A stretch of 64,000 nt of DNA from Gammaproteobacteria bacterium (GCA_011390365.1 JAABSM010000010.1:2714-66713), one strand, 5' to 3'. Shown: positions 28,911-39,189, counted from the stretch's first letter. Notes: a model not told the origin generated them from the letters alone. Numbers and translations: made by a program.

Positions 28911-29753
28911 ATGAGGACAATCGCCAGCTGTTTTTTCCTGACCCTTTCGTTATCGGGGTTCATGGCGTCATCGGCGACCCTGGCGGAGGCAGGGATGCCG
29001 GGAGACGGTTTTCGAATCGACGGCTTCAGTTGGCAGGGCAAGGCGTTGCCGGGCAAGACGGTGGCCATCGAAAACCCGTTCGGCGATATCCGCTCCCGCG
29101 CCGCCGAGGATGGCCACATCCGCTTGCAGGCGATCATTCAGAAATTTATCCCGCAACACGATGGGATCACCTTCGATATCGAGCCGGTGGAGGCGGGGCT
29201 GTCGATCCGCCCCCGCCTGCCGCGCGGCGTCTCGCTGGGCAAGGGGCGTATCGACATGACCCTGCTGCTGCCCGCCGGCACCCACCTGGATGCGCGAACC
29301 ACCCATGGCGGCATCAGGATCTCCCGCTTCCGGAGTCGCGCCAGACTGCGTAGCGAGAGCGGCAGCATCAAGATCGTCACCCCTTACGCCGTGGATGCCC
29401 ACACTGGCGAGGGCGCGGTGAAGGCGCGCTTCAATGCCCGCGAGTGGAATGCGGCGAGCCGATTGCGCAGCGACCAGGGTTCGGTAGAGGTGATCCTGGC
29501 GGAGGATGCGCAACTGGAGATCACCGCCCGCGCCGGCGGCGAACTGGTATGGCAGGATGGGGCCGCCTCGGTGGCCGAGCTACTCACCTATCGCGATGGC
29601 GTGCTCCATGCGACGCGCGGCGATGGAGGGGCCTTGCTGGAGGTGACGGGGGGCGGCGATGTGCACTTCGAAAGCCGTCTTCAGCCCAGGTCGGATGACG
29701 GTTTCATTACACAAAAAGAAGATAGGCGCAGCGGAGCGGAGGCAAACCAGTGA
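28911..29753 (+). CDS. secreted repetitive beta-strand protein (DUF4097/putative-adhesin-like)
   Basis: Signal peptide MRTIASCFFLTLSLSGFMASSATLA. Repeated ...GGIRI..., ...SGSIKIV..., ...GAVKA..., ...QGSVEVIL... strands. Its stop overlaps the next ORF. Confidence 0.5.
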   Translation: MRTIASCFFLTLSLSGFMASSATLAEAGMPGDGFRIDGFSWQGKALPGKTVAIENPFGDIRSRAAEDGHIRLQAIIQKFIPQHDGITFDIEPVEAGLSIRPRLPRGVSLGKGRIDMTLLLPAGTHLDARTTHGGIRISRFRSRARLRSESGSIKIVTPYAVDAHTGEGAVKARFNAREWNAASRLRSDQGSVEVILAEDAQLEITARAGGELVWQDGAASVAELLTYRDGVLHATRGDGGALLEVTGGGDVHFESRLQPRSDDGFITQKEDRRSGAEANQ

Positions 29754-29785
29754 AGGATGAGGTCTTGAGGTTTTGCGGGGGTTGC

Positions 29786-32716
29786 ATGGGGCGGCGGATC
29801 TCCGCCATGGTTACCCTGCTGATAATCGGGGGCGCGCTGCTCGGGCCGCTGGCGCAAGCCGCCCCGCCCGAGCTGGGTCCGCCTGGAGGAGGGGCGAAGG
29901 AGAAGGCGATCGTCCAGGGCGCAAAGCGCATGGGGCCGTTCAAGCCGACCCTGTTCAAGGGCGATCTGCGGGATGTGCCGCGCGGGCGGGTCTGGCAACC
30001 CGGCGATGCGATCAAGACCATACCCAAGCGCAATAACCACCAGGGCAAGCCCAAGCCGGTGCGTACCCCGCGCAACCCGGTAAAGGACAAAGCGGATCCC
30101 TTGCGCGCATCCGCGCAGGGGCGTGCCGCGTCGATTCGCACCCTGGTCGAGGCGGAGGGGCATCGGGGGCAATCCTTTAATGGCGTCTATCCCCCGGATC
30201 CCGTGGGCGATGCGGGCGAAAAGTACTATATCCAGATGGTCAACAGCGGCGAGGGGACCAGCTATACCATCTACGACAAGAAGGACATGAGCCTGGTAGC
30301 CGGTCCCAATACCCTCGATACCCTGGCCGCCCCGGGCAGTATCTGCGAGGGCGGTTACGGCGACCCGGTGGTGCTCTACGATTCCCTGGCCAAGCGCTGG
30401 TTTCTCAGCGAATTCAGCTCCTCCAACAACACCCTGTGCATCTATGTCTCCGCCACTTCCGACCCGGTCAGCGGCGGCTGGCATGCCTATCAGTTCACCT
30501 CCAGCCTCAGCTTTCCCGACTACCCCAAGTACGGCGTATGGCCGGATGGCTATTACCTGACCACCAACGAGGCCGCGCCGGGGATCTACGCCCTGGAGCG
30601 GGCGGCGATGCTCGCCGGCGAGCCCGCCGCGATGCAGTTCTTTTCGGTCTCCAGCCTCTCCGGTTTCGGCTTTCAGGCGCTGCTGCCGGCGGACCTGGAT
30701 GGCATGATCGCGCCCCCCGCGGGGGCGCCCGCCTACATCATCCGGCATCGTGACGACGAGGTCCATGATCCGGCGAGCAATGACCCGGACTTCGATTTCC
30801 TGGAACTCTTCGAGGTCCATATCGATTGGCGGGATGAGAGCCTCTCCACCCTGGAAGGGCCGTTGAGCATTCCCGTCGCCAACTTCGATTCCGATCTCTG
30901 CGGCCTGATCAGCTTTGCCTGTTTTCCCCAGCCCGGCACCAGCCAGACCCTGGACCCGATTCGGGAGGTGGTGATGTGGCGGCTGCAATACCGCAACTTC
31001 GGCGATCATCAGACCCTGGTGGGGAACTATACCGTCGATGTGGACGGGACCGACCACGGCGGCATCCGCTGGTTCGAGCTGCGCAATGGCGGCGCAGGGT
31101 GGCTGCTCCATCAGGAGGGGACCCACGCGCCGGACGCCTCGGACCGCTGGCTTGGCAGCATCGCCATGGATGGCGCGGGCAATATCGGCCTGGCCTATTC
31201 GGTGGTCAACGACACCGACCTCTTCCCCTCCATCCGCTATACGGGGCGGGATTTCGCCGACCATCTCGGCGCGCTGCCCCAGGGTGAACTGACCATCGCC
31301 GCCGGCCAAGGCCCCCAGGGCGCCGCCAATCGCTGGGGGGATTACAGCTCCCTCAATATCGACCCGGTGGACGACTGCACCTTCTGGTATACCAATGAGT
31401 ACACCACCGTCAATGGTCTGTGGGAGACCTCCATCTCCACCTTTCGGTTCGAAAGCTGTGGCGAGCCCGCCTTCGCCATCAACGGCGTCGCGGGCATCGA
31501 GCAATCGGTATGCATCGGCGACCCGCTAGCGCCGCTGGAGGTCGAGCTGTTCGGCATCGCCGGCTATGACCAACCGGTGACCTTCTCCCTTGCCGGGCTG
31601 CCGCCCGGGGTCAAGGGGGGCTTTATCGAAAATCCGCTTGCGCCGCCGGCGCTGGCCGAGGCGACCCTGGCAACCCAGGCCGATGCGGTCGCTGGCGATT
31701 ATCGCTTCGAGGTGGCGGCAAGCGACACTGCCATCGAAAAGCGTATCGGCGCATCCCTCTCCCTCTTCGCCGCCCCCCCCGCGGCGCCCCCGTTGTTGTC
31801 GCCGGAAAACGGCGCCATCGATCAGCCGGTGCTCGCCGCCTTCGCCTGGAACGGCGTGGCAGGGGCCCAGCGCTACCGTCTGGAGGTGGCCGCGGACGAG
31901 GCCTTTAGCGATATCCGCTACTCCGCCGAGACCACCGCGCTGACCCATACCGTCAGCCATCCCCTGGACCATGGGACCATCCTCCACTGGCGGGTGATCG
32001 CCATCAATCCCTGCGGCGAGTCGGTCGCCTCGCCGACGCGGCTGATGGTGACCCGCCACCACTACTGCTCCTCCCCGGCCCTGGCGATCCCCGACGATGA
32101 TCCCCAGGGCGCCGCCGACACCCTGCTACTGGACAATGACGGCATCGCCCGTGATCTGACGGTAACCCTGCGCGTCGCCCACAGCTGGGTGGGGGATCTG
32201 GATATCGCGCTGGAGCATCTCGACAGCGGCGCAAGGGTGCATCTGATCCGCCGCGATACCGGGGGATATGGCTGCGCCGGGATAGACATCGACGCAAGCT
32301 TCCATGACGATGCCGCCCAGTCGGTGGCGGATATCTGCTATTCGACACCGCCGGCGATCACGGGCCAGCTGCGCCCCAGCGACGCCCTCTCCGTGTTCGC
32401 TGATCGGGTGCTGAGCGGGGAATGGCGACTGACCCTGGCGGATCACGCCCCGAGTGACGAGGGGCTGCTGGAGACGTGGTGCCTCTCCCCCAGCTATATT
32501 CCGGTGACCTGCGACGGCGACCAGGTCACCCTGGCCGGCCACCTGATACGCGCCGGCGAGGAGTTGACCTGCAACGTCGGCGACATCGAGGTGCGGGATC
32601 TGGTGGTGGAGGGGACGCTGCGCATCCAGAAGAGCGGCAAGGCCACCCTCCTGCCGACGGTGCGCAGCGTGCCGCCCGACGGACGCATCGAGATCCGCCA
32701 AACCGGGGGGCGGTAA
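29786..32716 (+). CDS. large secreted protein with C-terminal proprotein-convertase P-domain-like module; no protease domain recognised
   Basis: Signal peptide MGRRISAMVTLLIIGGALLGPLAQA. ~500-aa N-terminal region with RWGDYSSLNIDP... motif. Ig/FN3-like middle. C-terminal ...IPDDDPQGAADTLLL...LTVTLRVAHSWVGDLDIALEHLDSGARVHLI...GEWRLTLADHAPSDEGLLETWCL fits the P/Homo-B domain pattern. Confidence 0.6.
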   Translation: MGRRISAMVTLLIIGGALLGPLAQAAPPELGPPGGGAKEKAIVQGAKRMGPFKPTLFKGDLRDVPRGRVWQPGDAIKTIPKRNNHQGKPKPVRTPRNPVKDKADPLRASAQGRAASIRTLVEAEGHRGQSFNGVYPPDPVGDAGEKYYIQMVNSGEGTSYTIYDKKDMSLVAGPNTLDTLAAPGSICEGGYGDPVVLYDSLAKRWFLSEFSSSNNTLCIYVSATSDPVSGGWHAYQFTSSLSFPDYPKYGVWPDGYYLTTNEAAPGIYALERAAMLAGEPAAMQFFSVSSLSGFGFQALLPADLDGMIAPPAGAPAYIIRHRDDEVHDPASNDPDFDFLELFEVHIDWRDESLSTLEGPLSIPVANFDSDLCGLISFACFPQPGTSQTLDPIREVVMWRLQYRNFGDHQTLVGNYTVDVDGTDHGGIRWFELRNGGAGWLLHQEGTHAPDASDRWLGSIAMDGAGNIGLAYSVVNDTDLFPSIRYTGRDFADHLGALPQGELTIAAGQGPQGAANRWGDYSSLNIDPVDDCTFWYTNEYTTVNGLWETSISTFRFESCGEPAFAINGVAGIEQSVCIGDPLAPLEVELFGIAGYDQPVTFSLAGLPPGVKGGFIENPLAPPALAEATLATQADAVAGDYRFEVAASDTAIEKRIGASLSLFAAPPAAPPLLSPENGAIDQPVLAAFAWNGVAGAQRYRLEVAADEAFSDIRYSAETTALTHTVSHPLDHGTILHWRVIAINPCGESVASPTRLMVTRHHYCSSPALAIPDDDPQGAADTLLLDNDGIARDLTVTLRVAHSWVGDLDIALEHLDSGARVHLIRRDTGGYGCAGIDIDASFHDDAAQSVADICYSTPPAITGQLRPSDALSVFADRVLSGEWRLTLADHAPSDEGLLETWCLSPSYIPVTCDGDQVTLAGHLIRAGEELTCNVGDIEVRDLVVEGTLRIQKSGKATLLPTVRSVPPDGRIEIRQTGGR

Positions 32717-33199
32717 CGACACCGCGGAGCGCCCCAGGGCCCACGGAGGGGGAGACGGCGCTATCCGCTGATTGCTAAGCTCCAGCTTCGGAACCCAGGT
32801 CTTGGCAGCTCAAGTTGCCCGACGGATCGGCAAGCCAGAGCTTTTTCTCGTTCCCATCTTCCGCATGGGAAAGCAGTCTTGACCGCGTCGCGGTCCGAGT
32901 CGGGATGCGGCGCATCCAAAACAACTGAGATATCTTGCTAATCAAAAAAAGAATACACCACAGAGCACACAGAGAAATACGAGTAAACCGCCGCCAAACG
33001 TTCCGGTCGGGAGTTCAGCTCCCGACCGGCCCACGCCGGACGCGGGTTGCACCCGCGACCGGAACGTTTAGGTCTCTCGGCATGGGAACGAGGAAAACCT
33101 CAGGGCCAGATCAAGCGTCGATGTATTTTATCGATACGGCATCTGATTGGAGTAGAGCCCTGGGGCTGCCCGATGGCCCTTCACGCGCCAAGGCATATG

Positions 33200-33400
33200 C
33201 AATGTCACTAAGTTAGCGGCACGCCAGATTCCTGCCCTTGATGCGGCAGACTCCAGCGCAGACCGGAAATCGTCGGACCGGCATAGGATGTGCCGAATAA
33301 AAAGCCTTGTCGCTCGGTTGAAGGCACATCCTATGCGGAACCAAAAACGCTCGGCGTACCCACGAAATGAGGCGCATCATTCCCCGAAAGGGATGTCTCA
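33200..33400 (+). mobile_element. MITE copy 2 (right end degenerate/truncated)
   Basis: caatgtcactaagttagcggcacgcc... follows the family consensus through ...gaggcgcatcattcc, then diverges. No right TIR. Confidence 0.7.
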
Positions 33401-33419
33401 CCTTCCCCCTGTGCGCTCT

Positions 33420-33640
33420 CAATGTCATTAACTTAAGCGCCACGCCTGGTTCCCGCCCTTGATGCGCCTTACTCCAAGGCAGCCCGGAAATCGTCGAACC
33501 GGCATAGGATGTGCCGAATAAAAAGGCTTGTCGTTCGGTCGACGGCACACCCTATGCAGAACCGAAAACGGTCGGCGCACCCACGAAATGAGGCGCATCA
33601 TTCCCGGAGAATGCCATGGTGGCTTAAGTTAATGACATTG
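33420..33640 (+). mobile_element. MITE copy 3 (221 bp, complete) with perfect 10-bp target-site duplication
   Basis: Same TIRs as copy 1. Flanked by tgtgcgctct (33410-33419) and tgtgcgctct (33641-33650). The target is itself a CACRGAG-family repeat. Confidence 0.88.
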
Positions 33641-33718
33641 TGTGCGCTCTGTGACCTCCGTGGTTATCGCTCGCCCAGCATGACCTTGGTCCCACTTCGG
33701 GGTGATCTCTGCCCTCCC

Positions 33719-34702
33719 TCAACGATTGACATCCACCACCAGCCGACCGCGGATCTTGCCGGCGAGGATCTCGCCGGCGGTGTCGATGGCCTCGCCAAGG
33801 GCGATCTCGCGGGTGATCAGCTCCAGTTTGGCGATATCCAGGTCCTCGGCCAGGCGTTGCCAGGCCTCCAGTCGACGCTCCCGGGCGCACATTACGCTCT
33901 CCACCCCGACCAGGGTTACGCCACGTAGAATGAAAGGCGCGACGGTGGCCGGCAGATCCATGCCCTGGGCCAGACCGCAGGCGGCGACCGCGCCATTGTA
34001 GCGGGTCGAGGCGCAGACATTGGCCAGGGTGTGGCTGCCGACGGTATCGATGGCCCCGGCCCAGCGCTCCGACGCCAGCGGCTTGCCCGGCGAGGAGAGT
34101 TCGTTGCGGTCGATGATCTCCGCCGCCCCCAATTGCCTGAGATACTCCCCCTCCTGGGGGCGACCGGTGGAGGCGATCACCCGATAACCCAGCTTCGCCA
34201 GCAGCGCCACCGCCACGCTGCCGACGCCGCCGGCCGCGCCCGTCACCAGCACCTCGCCAAGGTCCGGGGTGATCCCCTGCCGCTCCAGCGCCAACACGCA
34301 GAGCATGGCGGTATAACCGGCGGTGCCGATCGCCATCGCCTGACGGCTATCGAAACCCGCAGGCAATGGGATCAGCCAGTCGCCACTGACCCGGGCGCGC
34401 TGGGCCAGCCCGCCCCAGTGTTTTTCGCCCACCCCCCAGCCGTTGAGCACCACCCGATCGCCCGGCTTGAAACCCCCATGATCGCTCCCCTCCACCCGCC
34501 CCGCGAAGTCGATACCCGGCACCATCGGGAAGCGCCGCACCACCGGCCCCTTGCCGGTAATCGCCAGGGCATCCTTGTAGTTCAACGTGCTGTACTCCAC
34601 GGCCACCGTCACGTCGCCGGCGGGCAGGTCTTCCTCCTGGAGTTGGCGGAGTCGGGTCTGGTAATCCTGATCGTTCTTATCGATGAGAAGCGCGTTGAAC
34701 AT
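33719..34702 (-). CDS. acuI: acrylyl-CoA reductase / YhdH-type NADPH-dependent MDR oxidoreductase
   Basis: [68 protein letters not shown]...[15 protein letters not shown]... is the typical YhdH/AcuI subfamily. Confidence 0.82.
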   Translation of the reverse strand: MFNALLIDKNDQDYQTRLRQLQEEDLPAGDVTVAVEYSTLNYKDALAITGKGPVVRRFPMVPGIDFAGRVEGSDHGGFKPGDRVVLNGWGVGEKHWGGLAQRARVSGDWLIPLPAGFDSRQAMAIGTAGYTAMLCVLALERQGITPDLGEVLVTGAAGGVGSVAVALLAKLGYRVIASTGRPQEGEYLRQLGAAEIIDRNELSSPGKPLASERWAGAIDTVGSHTLANVCASTRYNGAVAACGLAQGMDLPATVAPFILRGVTLVGVESVMCARERRLEAWQRLAEDLDIAKLELITREIALGEAIDTAGEILAGKIRGRLVVDVNR

Positions 34703-35039
34703 GGGGTGAGGTCTCCTTTTGCGGTTTCGGGCCAGACTAGGGCAGGCGGCGCGGGAAAGCAAGAACGACGGGGTGATTCGCGCCGCCCTAACCGGATCAG
34801 GATAGCTGCAGCCGTGACGGCATGATGGGCTTTTGCTCCGAGAAGGGGCCCAGTCAGTCTTGCCAAGCGGTCGGCCTTCGCCGCATGCTCTGTGTTTGTG
34901 AGAGAGTCTTGTGATTGCCTTGGCGAAACTTTACGGGGTCAGCGGTCGCAAGGTGTTGGAGGCGGGATTTTTTTGTTGCCGTCGTTTATAGTGGCAGGCG
35001 CCGCACACTCCCGTTTACCAGACAACGCGACTTACCGCC

Positions 35040-35252
35040 ATGCCAAGCGATCTGACGGACAGCGACCTCTTCGCCTCCCGCCTCTCCATCAAGCCCGAGA
35101 CCTTCTCCCGTATCCTTCACCACCTCTCCGGAGAAGAGGTGATTCAGCTCAAGGGTGGGTGGGTCAAGGTACTTGATGTCTCGGCGTTTCGGAGATTGGC
35201 GGAATCGGCGGGGGTTTGTGGGGGGAGTTTGGGGCCGGATGGGCGTGCTTGA
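35040..35252 (+). pseudogene. C-terminal HTH fragment of a Crp/Fnr-family regulator (cNMP-binding domain missing)
   Basis: ...DLFASRLSIKPETFSRILHHLSGEEVIQLKGGWVKVLDVSAFRRLAE is a Crp/Fnr HTH. The frame is closed by a stop at 34989-34991, so only ~65 codons of homology remain. Confidence 0.55.
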
Positions 35253-35490
35253 GGCGGTTGGCGATCAGGTTGAGGGGGAGGATGCTCCTCTTTGTTATTC
35301 GAGGCCTGTCAAGGTGTTGTGGGATCATGTGAGTTCCCGGGATTGACCCTGCATTTCGTATAAGGTAAAAACTCGACGAGATCGTTTTTTCTACTATTGC
35401 ATGCCTGCTCGGATGGCTGCGTGCATCTGTCAAAGGCTCACTGCGCGCGTTTCGCACAGGGAGAGGGACGGGTTTCTTAAGGAGTATGGT

Positions 35491-36264
35491 ATGTTAAAAG
35501 GCCAAAAGATTGTGGTTGTGATGCCGGCTTACAACGCGGAGGCAACGCTCGCGCAAACCTATCACGAGTTGCCGCGCCCTCTGGTTGATGAGGTCATCCT
35601 GGTGGATGATTGCAGTAATGATCAGACGGCTGATCGCGCCCGCGAACTGGGAATCAATCATGTCATTCGCCATGAACAAAACCTCGGTTATGGCGGAAAC
35701 CAGAAGACCTGCTACCGCAGGGCTCTGGAGGTGGGTGCGGATATCGTCATCATGATTCATCCGGATTATCAATATACTCCCAAGCTTTGCACGTCAATGG
35801 TATCAATGATCGCAGAGGGGCTTTTTGACTGCGTACTGGCCTCGCGGATTCTGGGAACCGGCGCCTTGCGGGGTGGAATGCCAAAGTACAAGTATGTCGC
35901 CAATCGCCTTCTTACCCTCTTTCAAAATGTCATGATCAGTCATAAGCTTTCCGAATACCATACTGGATACAGAGTATACTCCAGGCGAGTCCTTGAAAAA
36001 CTCCCACTGGACAACAACTCCGACGATTTTGTTTTCGATAATCAGGTGCTGGCGCAAATCATCTATGCCGGCTATCGGATTGGTGAGGTAACCTGTCCCA
36101 CCCGTTATGCCCCCGACTCATCATCCATCAGCTTTGCCAGATCCATGCGCTATGGCATCGGCGTGGTAAACACCAGTCTTGCCTTTCGCGCCCATCGCTG
36201 GAAGCTGCATGCAAGCCCGCTTTTTAGCCCCCTGGATGGCCAGGCCAAGAGCACAGGGAGTTGA
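35491..36264 (+). CDS. family 2 glycosyltransferase, Dpm1/polyprenol-phosphate-sugar synthase-like
   Basis: AAGGAG RBS. MLKGQKIVVVMPAYNAEATLAQT...VILVDDCSNDQTAD...NLGYGGNQK...IVIMIHPDYQYTP...GMPKYKYVANRLLT...LSEYHTGYRVYSRRVL matches the DPM/DPG-synthase-like GT2 layout. Confidence 0.8.
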   Translation: MLKGQKIVVVMPAYNAEATLAQTYHELPRPLVDEVILVDDCSNDQTADRARELGINHVIRHEQNLGYGGNQKTCYRRALEVGADIVIMIHPDYQYTPKLCTSMVSMIAEGLFDCVLASRILGTGALRGGMPKYKYVANRLLTLFQNVMISHKLSEYHTGYRVYSRRVLEKLPLDNNSDDFVFDNQVLAQIIYAGYRIGEVTCPTRYAPDSSSISFARSMRYGIGVVNTSLAFRAHRWKLHASPLFSPLDGQAKSTGS

Positions 36265-36272
36265 AGCCAGCC

Positions 36273-38033
36273 ATGCCCCATCATGCCCACTCGGTAAGTA
36301 TCCTGTCCCTGGTGCACAAGCTCTGGCCACCGGCGCTGCTGTTTGTTGTTGCACTTCTGGCCTATATGGGTGCGTTGGATAACGGCTTTGTCTGGGACTC
36401 GATCAAGTATGTCCCTGGCAATCCACATATTCAGCAGCTCAACAGCGAGAGCATTCTGTGGGCCTTCACCTCTACCTATTTTCTCAATTGGCACCCGATC
36501 ACCCACCTCTCCTACATGCTGGACTATCAGCTGTACGGCGGATATGTACCGGCCGGTTTTCATCTGACCAACATTCTTCTTCACGCCCTGAATGTCGTGA
36601 TCTTCTACTGGTTGGTCAGTAGATTGCTCCTTCTCCACGACCAACGTCAGCAGGAAAATAGGGAGTTAGGCAGGCGAGTCGCGGCGCTGGCTGCCGCCCT
36701 GATTTTTGCGATTCACCCCCAGCATGTCGAGTCGGTAGCCTGGGTTGCCGAGCGCAAGGATCTGCTGTTTCTCCTCTTCTATCTCGGTGCGATGCTGGCA
36801 TATCTGCGTTATGCAGCCAGGCCAGGGTGGCGCTGGTATCTGTTTACCCTGTTGCTTGCCTTTTTGTCGATGGGCTCCAAGGCGATGGCGGTGACTCTTC
36901 CGGCGGTATTGTTGTTACTGGATCTCTATCCGCTGCGGCGTGTTCCAGCTTTAAATCTGGCGAAACCCGGCGAATCCCTGAAACAATACGCCTTGCTGTT
37001 GGCAGAAAAAGGACCATTCGGCCTCCTTGCCCTCTTCGTTATCTGGGTGACGATTCAGGCCCAAGACGTCACATTGAATACCTTTGAGCTTGACGTGGTC
37101 GACCGGCTAGGTGGCGCGGCCTTCGCGTACTTCTCCTATTTGAGCAAAATGTTCGCCCCCACCCTATTTCTGCCCCTTTATCCCAGGGATGTATCCCTGG
37201 GATTCATGGACTATGCGCCCTATTTTATCGCATTTATAGCAATGACCTTTCTAAGCTGGTATGGATGGCGGAAGGGATCCCCCTGGTGGCTGGTTGCATG
37301 GCTGTTCTATGTGGTGACCCTGTTACCGGTATCGGGACTGGTGCAGGTTGGTGATCAGGTCGCTGCTGATCGCTATGCGTATCTCCCACTGTTGGCCGCT
37401 TATCTTGTTCTTGGCGGGTGGTTTGGGCAGCTGTTTGCCAATGGCAGTCGGCGGAGGCGTGTTATCCTTGTTCTTGTTTTTCTGATGATTACCGGCGGAC
37501 TGCTGGCCAAAACCCGGACACAAGTAGCTATCTGGCGGAACGATTTGGTGCTCTGGTCCCATGTGGAGGAGATCTACCCGGACAATCGCTTTGTGATCAG
37601 CCAGATTGCCGGGATGTCCTATGTGCTGAAAGAGTGGGGGCTGGCGCTCAAGTACTACGAGACTATGTTGGACAATAGGCAACTTCGTGGTCATCTCATG
37701 CCCCGTTATGCGTTATTGCTTATTTACGAGGGTGAATACAAGCAGGCGCTGAAGGCCTACCACTGGATGGCCCGGATCCAGGGCGAGACCCTGATACCGG
37801 CTGACTGCATCTACTACAACATCGCCTGGATCCATGGGGTCCAGGGTAATCCTGACCAATATGCCGAGGCGATGGGACGGATTGAGAGCCCCGAATATCT
37901 TGGCATTCTGCCCGCTGGGTTGCCAGATGGCAATCCCATACCGGCAAGTGAGATGCCCTATCTCTGCATACGTGACCCGTACGCGGATAGCTTGCGCGAT
38001 GCGCACGACAAGAATGTACTCAAGGCGCGCTGA
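36273..38033 (+). CDS. GT-C fold membrane glycosyltransferase with C-terminal TPR (TMTC / PMT_2 / DUF1736-like), paralog 1
   Basis: ~11 TM helices. First-loop motif GALDNGFVWDSIKYV. ...WHPITHLSYMLDYQLYG..., IHPQHVESVAWVAERKDLLF. TPR-like tail (YVLKEWGLALKYYETML...). Start overlaps the GT2 stop region. Confidence 0.78.
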   Translation: MPHHAHSVSILSLVHKLWPPALLFVVALLAYMGALDNGFVWDSIKYVPGNPHIQQLNSESILWAFTSTYFLNWHPITHLSYMLDYQLYGGYVPAGFHLTNILLHALNVVIFYWLVSRLLLLHDQRQQENRELGRRVAALAAALIFAIHPQHVESVAWVAERKDLLFLLFYLGAMLAYLRYAARPGWRWYLFTLLLAFLSMGSKAMAVTLPAVLLLLDLYPLRRVPALNLAKPGESLKQYALLLAEKGPFGLLALFVIWVTIQAQDVTLNTFELDVVDRLGGAAFAYFSYLSKMFAPTLFLPLYPRDVSLGFMDYAPYFIAFIAMTFLSWYGWRKGSPWWLVAWLFYVVTLLPVSGLVQVGDQVAADRYAYLPLLAAYLVLGGWFGQLFANGSRRRRVILVLVFLMITGGLLAKTRTQVAIWRNDLVLWSHVEEIYPDNRFVISQIAGMSYVLKEWGLALKYYETMLDNRQLRGHLMPRYALLLIYEGEYKQALKAYHWMARIQGETLIPADCIYYNIAWIHGVQGNPDQYAEAMGRIESPEYLGILPAGLPDGNPIPASEMPYLCIRDPYADSLRDAHDKNVLKAR

Positions 38034-38036
38034 ATT

Positions 38037-39002
38037 ATGAGTCTGTCGTTTCGTTGTGTGATTTGTGGGGCCCACGAGGCGGATATCCTGTTCGAGGCTG
38101 GCGGGTTCGATGACCCCAATGAGCGTTTTCAGCTGCGGCAGTGTCGTGGATGCGGTGTGGTAAGTACCTCTTGGGGGGATGGCGAGCTGGATCTTGGCAG
38201 CTACTACTCGTCGGACTACTACGGTGGCGAGGGCGCGAAATTCATTGCGCCGGTGGAGTATCTGACCTGGCTGGGAAACAGGGCCCGTGCCAAGGCGATC
38301 TTCGAGCGAATGGATCGATCTGCCACACCCGCCGCTGGCGGGCTTCGGGTCTTGGATATCGGTTGCGGCAGAGGCCACTTCCTGGGATTCATGTCTCGCC
38401 AAGGTTGGGAGTGTCACGGCCTGGAGCGGGAGGATTTCAGGGGCAAGGTGCCCGCTGGGGTTGAACTCCATTTGGCCTCCGCTGAGGCGGTCCCCCTGGA
38501 CTCAGGCTATTTCGACGTGATCAGCATCTGGCACGTGCTGGAACACCTGCCCAATCCACTCGCCACCCTGCAGGAGGCGCGACGTCTGCTTCGCCGCGAC
38601 GGCGTACTGGCGTTGGCGGTACCCAACTTCGGTGGTTGGCAGGCCGGTTGGTTCGGTGCCCATTGGCCCCATCTGGACCTGCCGCGCCACCTGTATCATT
38701 TCTCACCAGAGACCCTGGAGATGACCCTGGCTCGGGCCGGTTTGTGCAGCTTCTCCCGGGGGCGCGGCTCTTTTGAGCAGGATCTCTTCGGCTTCATCCA
38801 GGGGCTGATGAACCGGGCCGGGTTACCCGCCAATGGCCTCTTTCACCAAATCAAGGGTGGCCCGGAGGTTTCCCGGGCCGCCTTGCCACTATGGGCCGCC
38901 GCAGCTGGGGTCTTGTCACCCCTGGCGATACTGGAGTCCACCGCAGCAAGGTTGGCGGGAAAGAGCGCGACGCTGATTTGCTACGCCAGGCCTGCGGAAT
39001 AA
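38037..39002 (+). CDS. class I SAM-dependent methyltransferase with N-terminal Cys4 ribbon
   Basis: CVICGAHE...CRGCG, then motif I VLDIGCGRGHFLGFM and ...FDVISIWHVLEHL... Starts 3 nt after the GT-C stop. Confidence 0.8.
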   Translation: MSLSFRCVICGAHEADILFEAGGFDDPNERFQLRQCRGCGVVSTSWGDGELDLGSYYSSDYYGGEGAKFIAPVEYLTWLGNRARAKAIFERMDRSATPAAGGLRVLDIGCGRGHFLGFMSRQGWECHGLEREDFRGKVPAGVELHLASAEAVPLDSGYFDVISIWHVLEHLPNPLATLQEARRLLRRDGVLALAVPNFGGWQAGWFGAHWPHLDLPRHLYHFSPETLEMTLARAGLCSFSRGRGSFEQDLFGFIQGLMNRAGLPANGLFHQIKGGPEVSRAALPLWAAAAGVLSPLAILESTAARLAGKSATLICYARPAE

Positions 39003-39020
39003 TCCTAAAAGAGCAGATAG

Positions 39021-39143
39021 CCACAGAGACACAGAGCACACGGAGCATTTTCAGTAAGCTACTGTATAAATACATTTCACCTTTGGTGTGAACTCAGGTA
39101 GTCGAGTAACTCATTGTTTTCTTTCTGTGTTCTCTGTGCCTCC
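39021..39143. repeat. opposed CACRGAG-family nonamer arrays between convergent genes
   Basis: ccacagagacacagagcacacggagc ... ctttctgtgttctctgtgcctcc. Confidence 0.75.
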
Positions 39144-39189
39144 AACTGCCGAATTCAGGACAATCGAGGTCGGTTGGGGTAGTGCAGCA

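Noticed and set aside
29681-31504. 607-aa minus-strand ORF
   Set aside because: Antisense shadow of the P-domain secreted protein gene. No motifs, and it has the Gly/Ala/Arg-rich composition of GC-rich antisense frames.
34703-35490. Island boundaries searched for tRNA, integrase, transposase or direct repeats (also 50084-50339)
   Set aside because: None found. Only the Crp/Fnr relic on the left and an unremarkable spacer before gltX on the right. The mechanism of acquisition cannot be stated.
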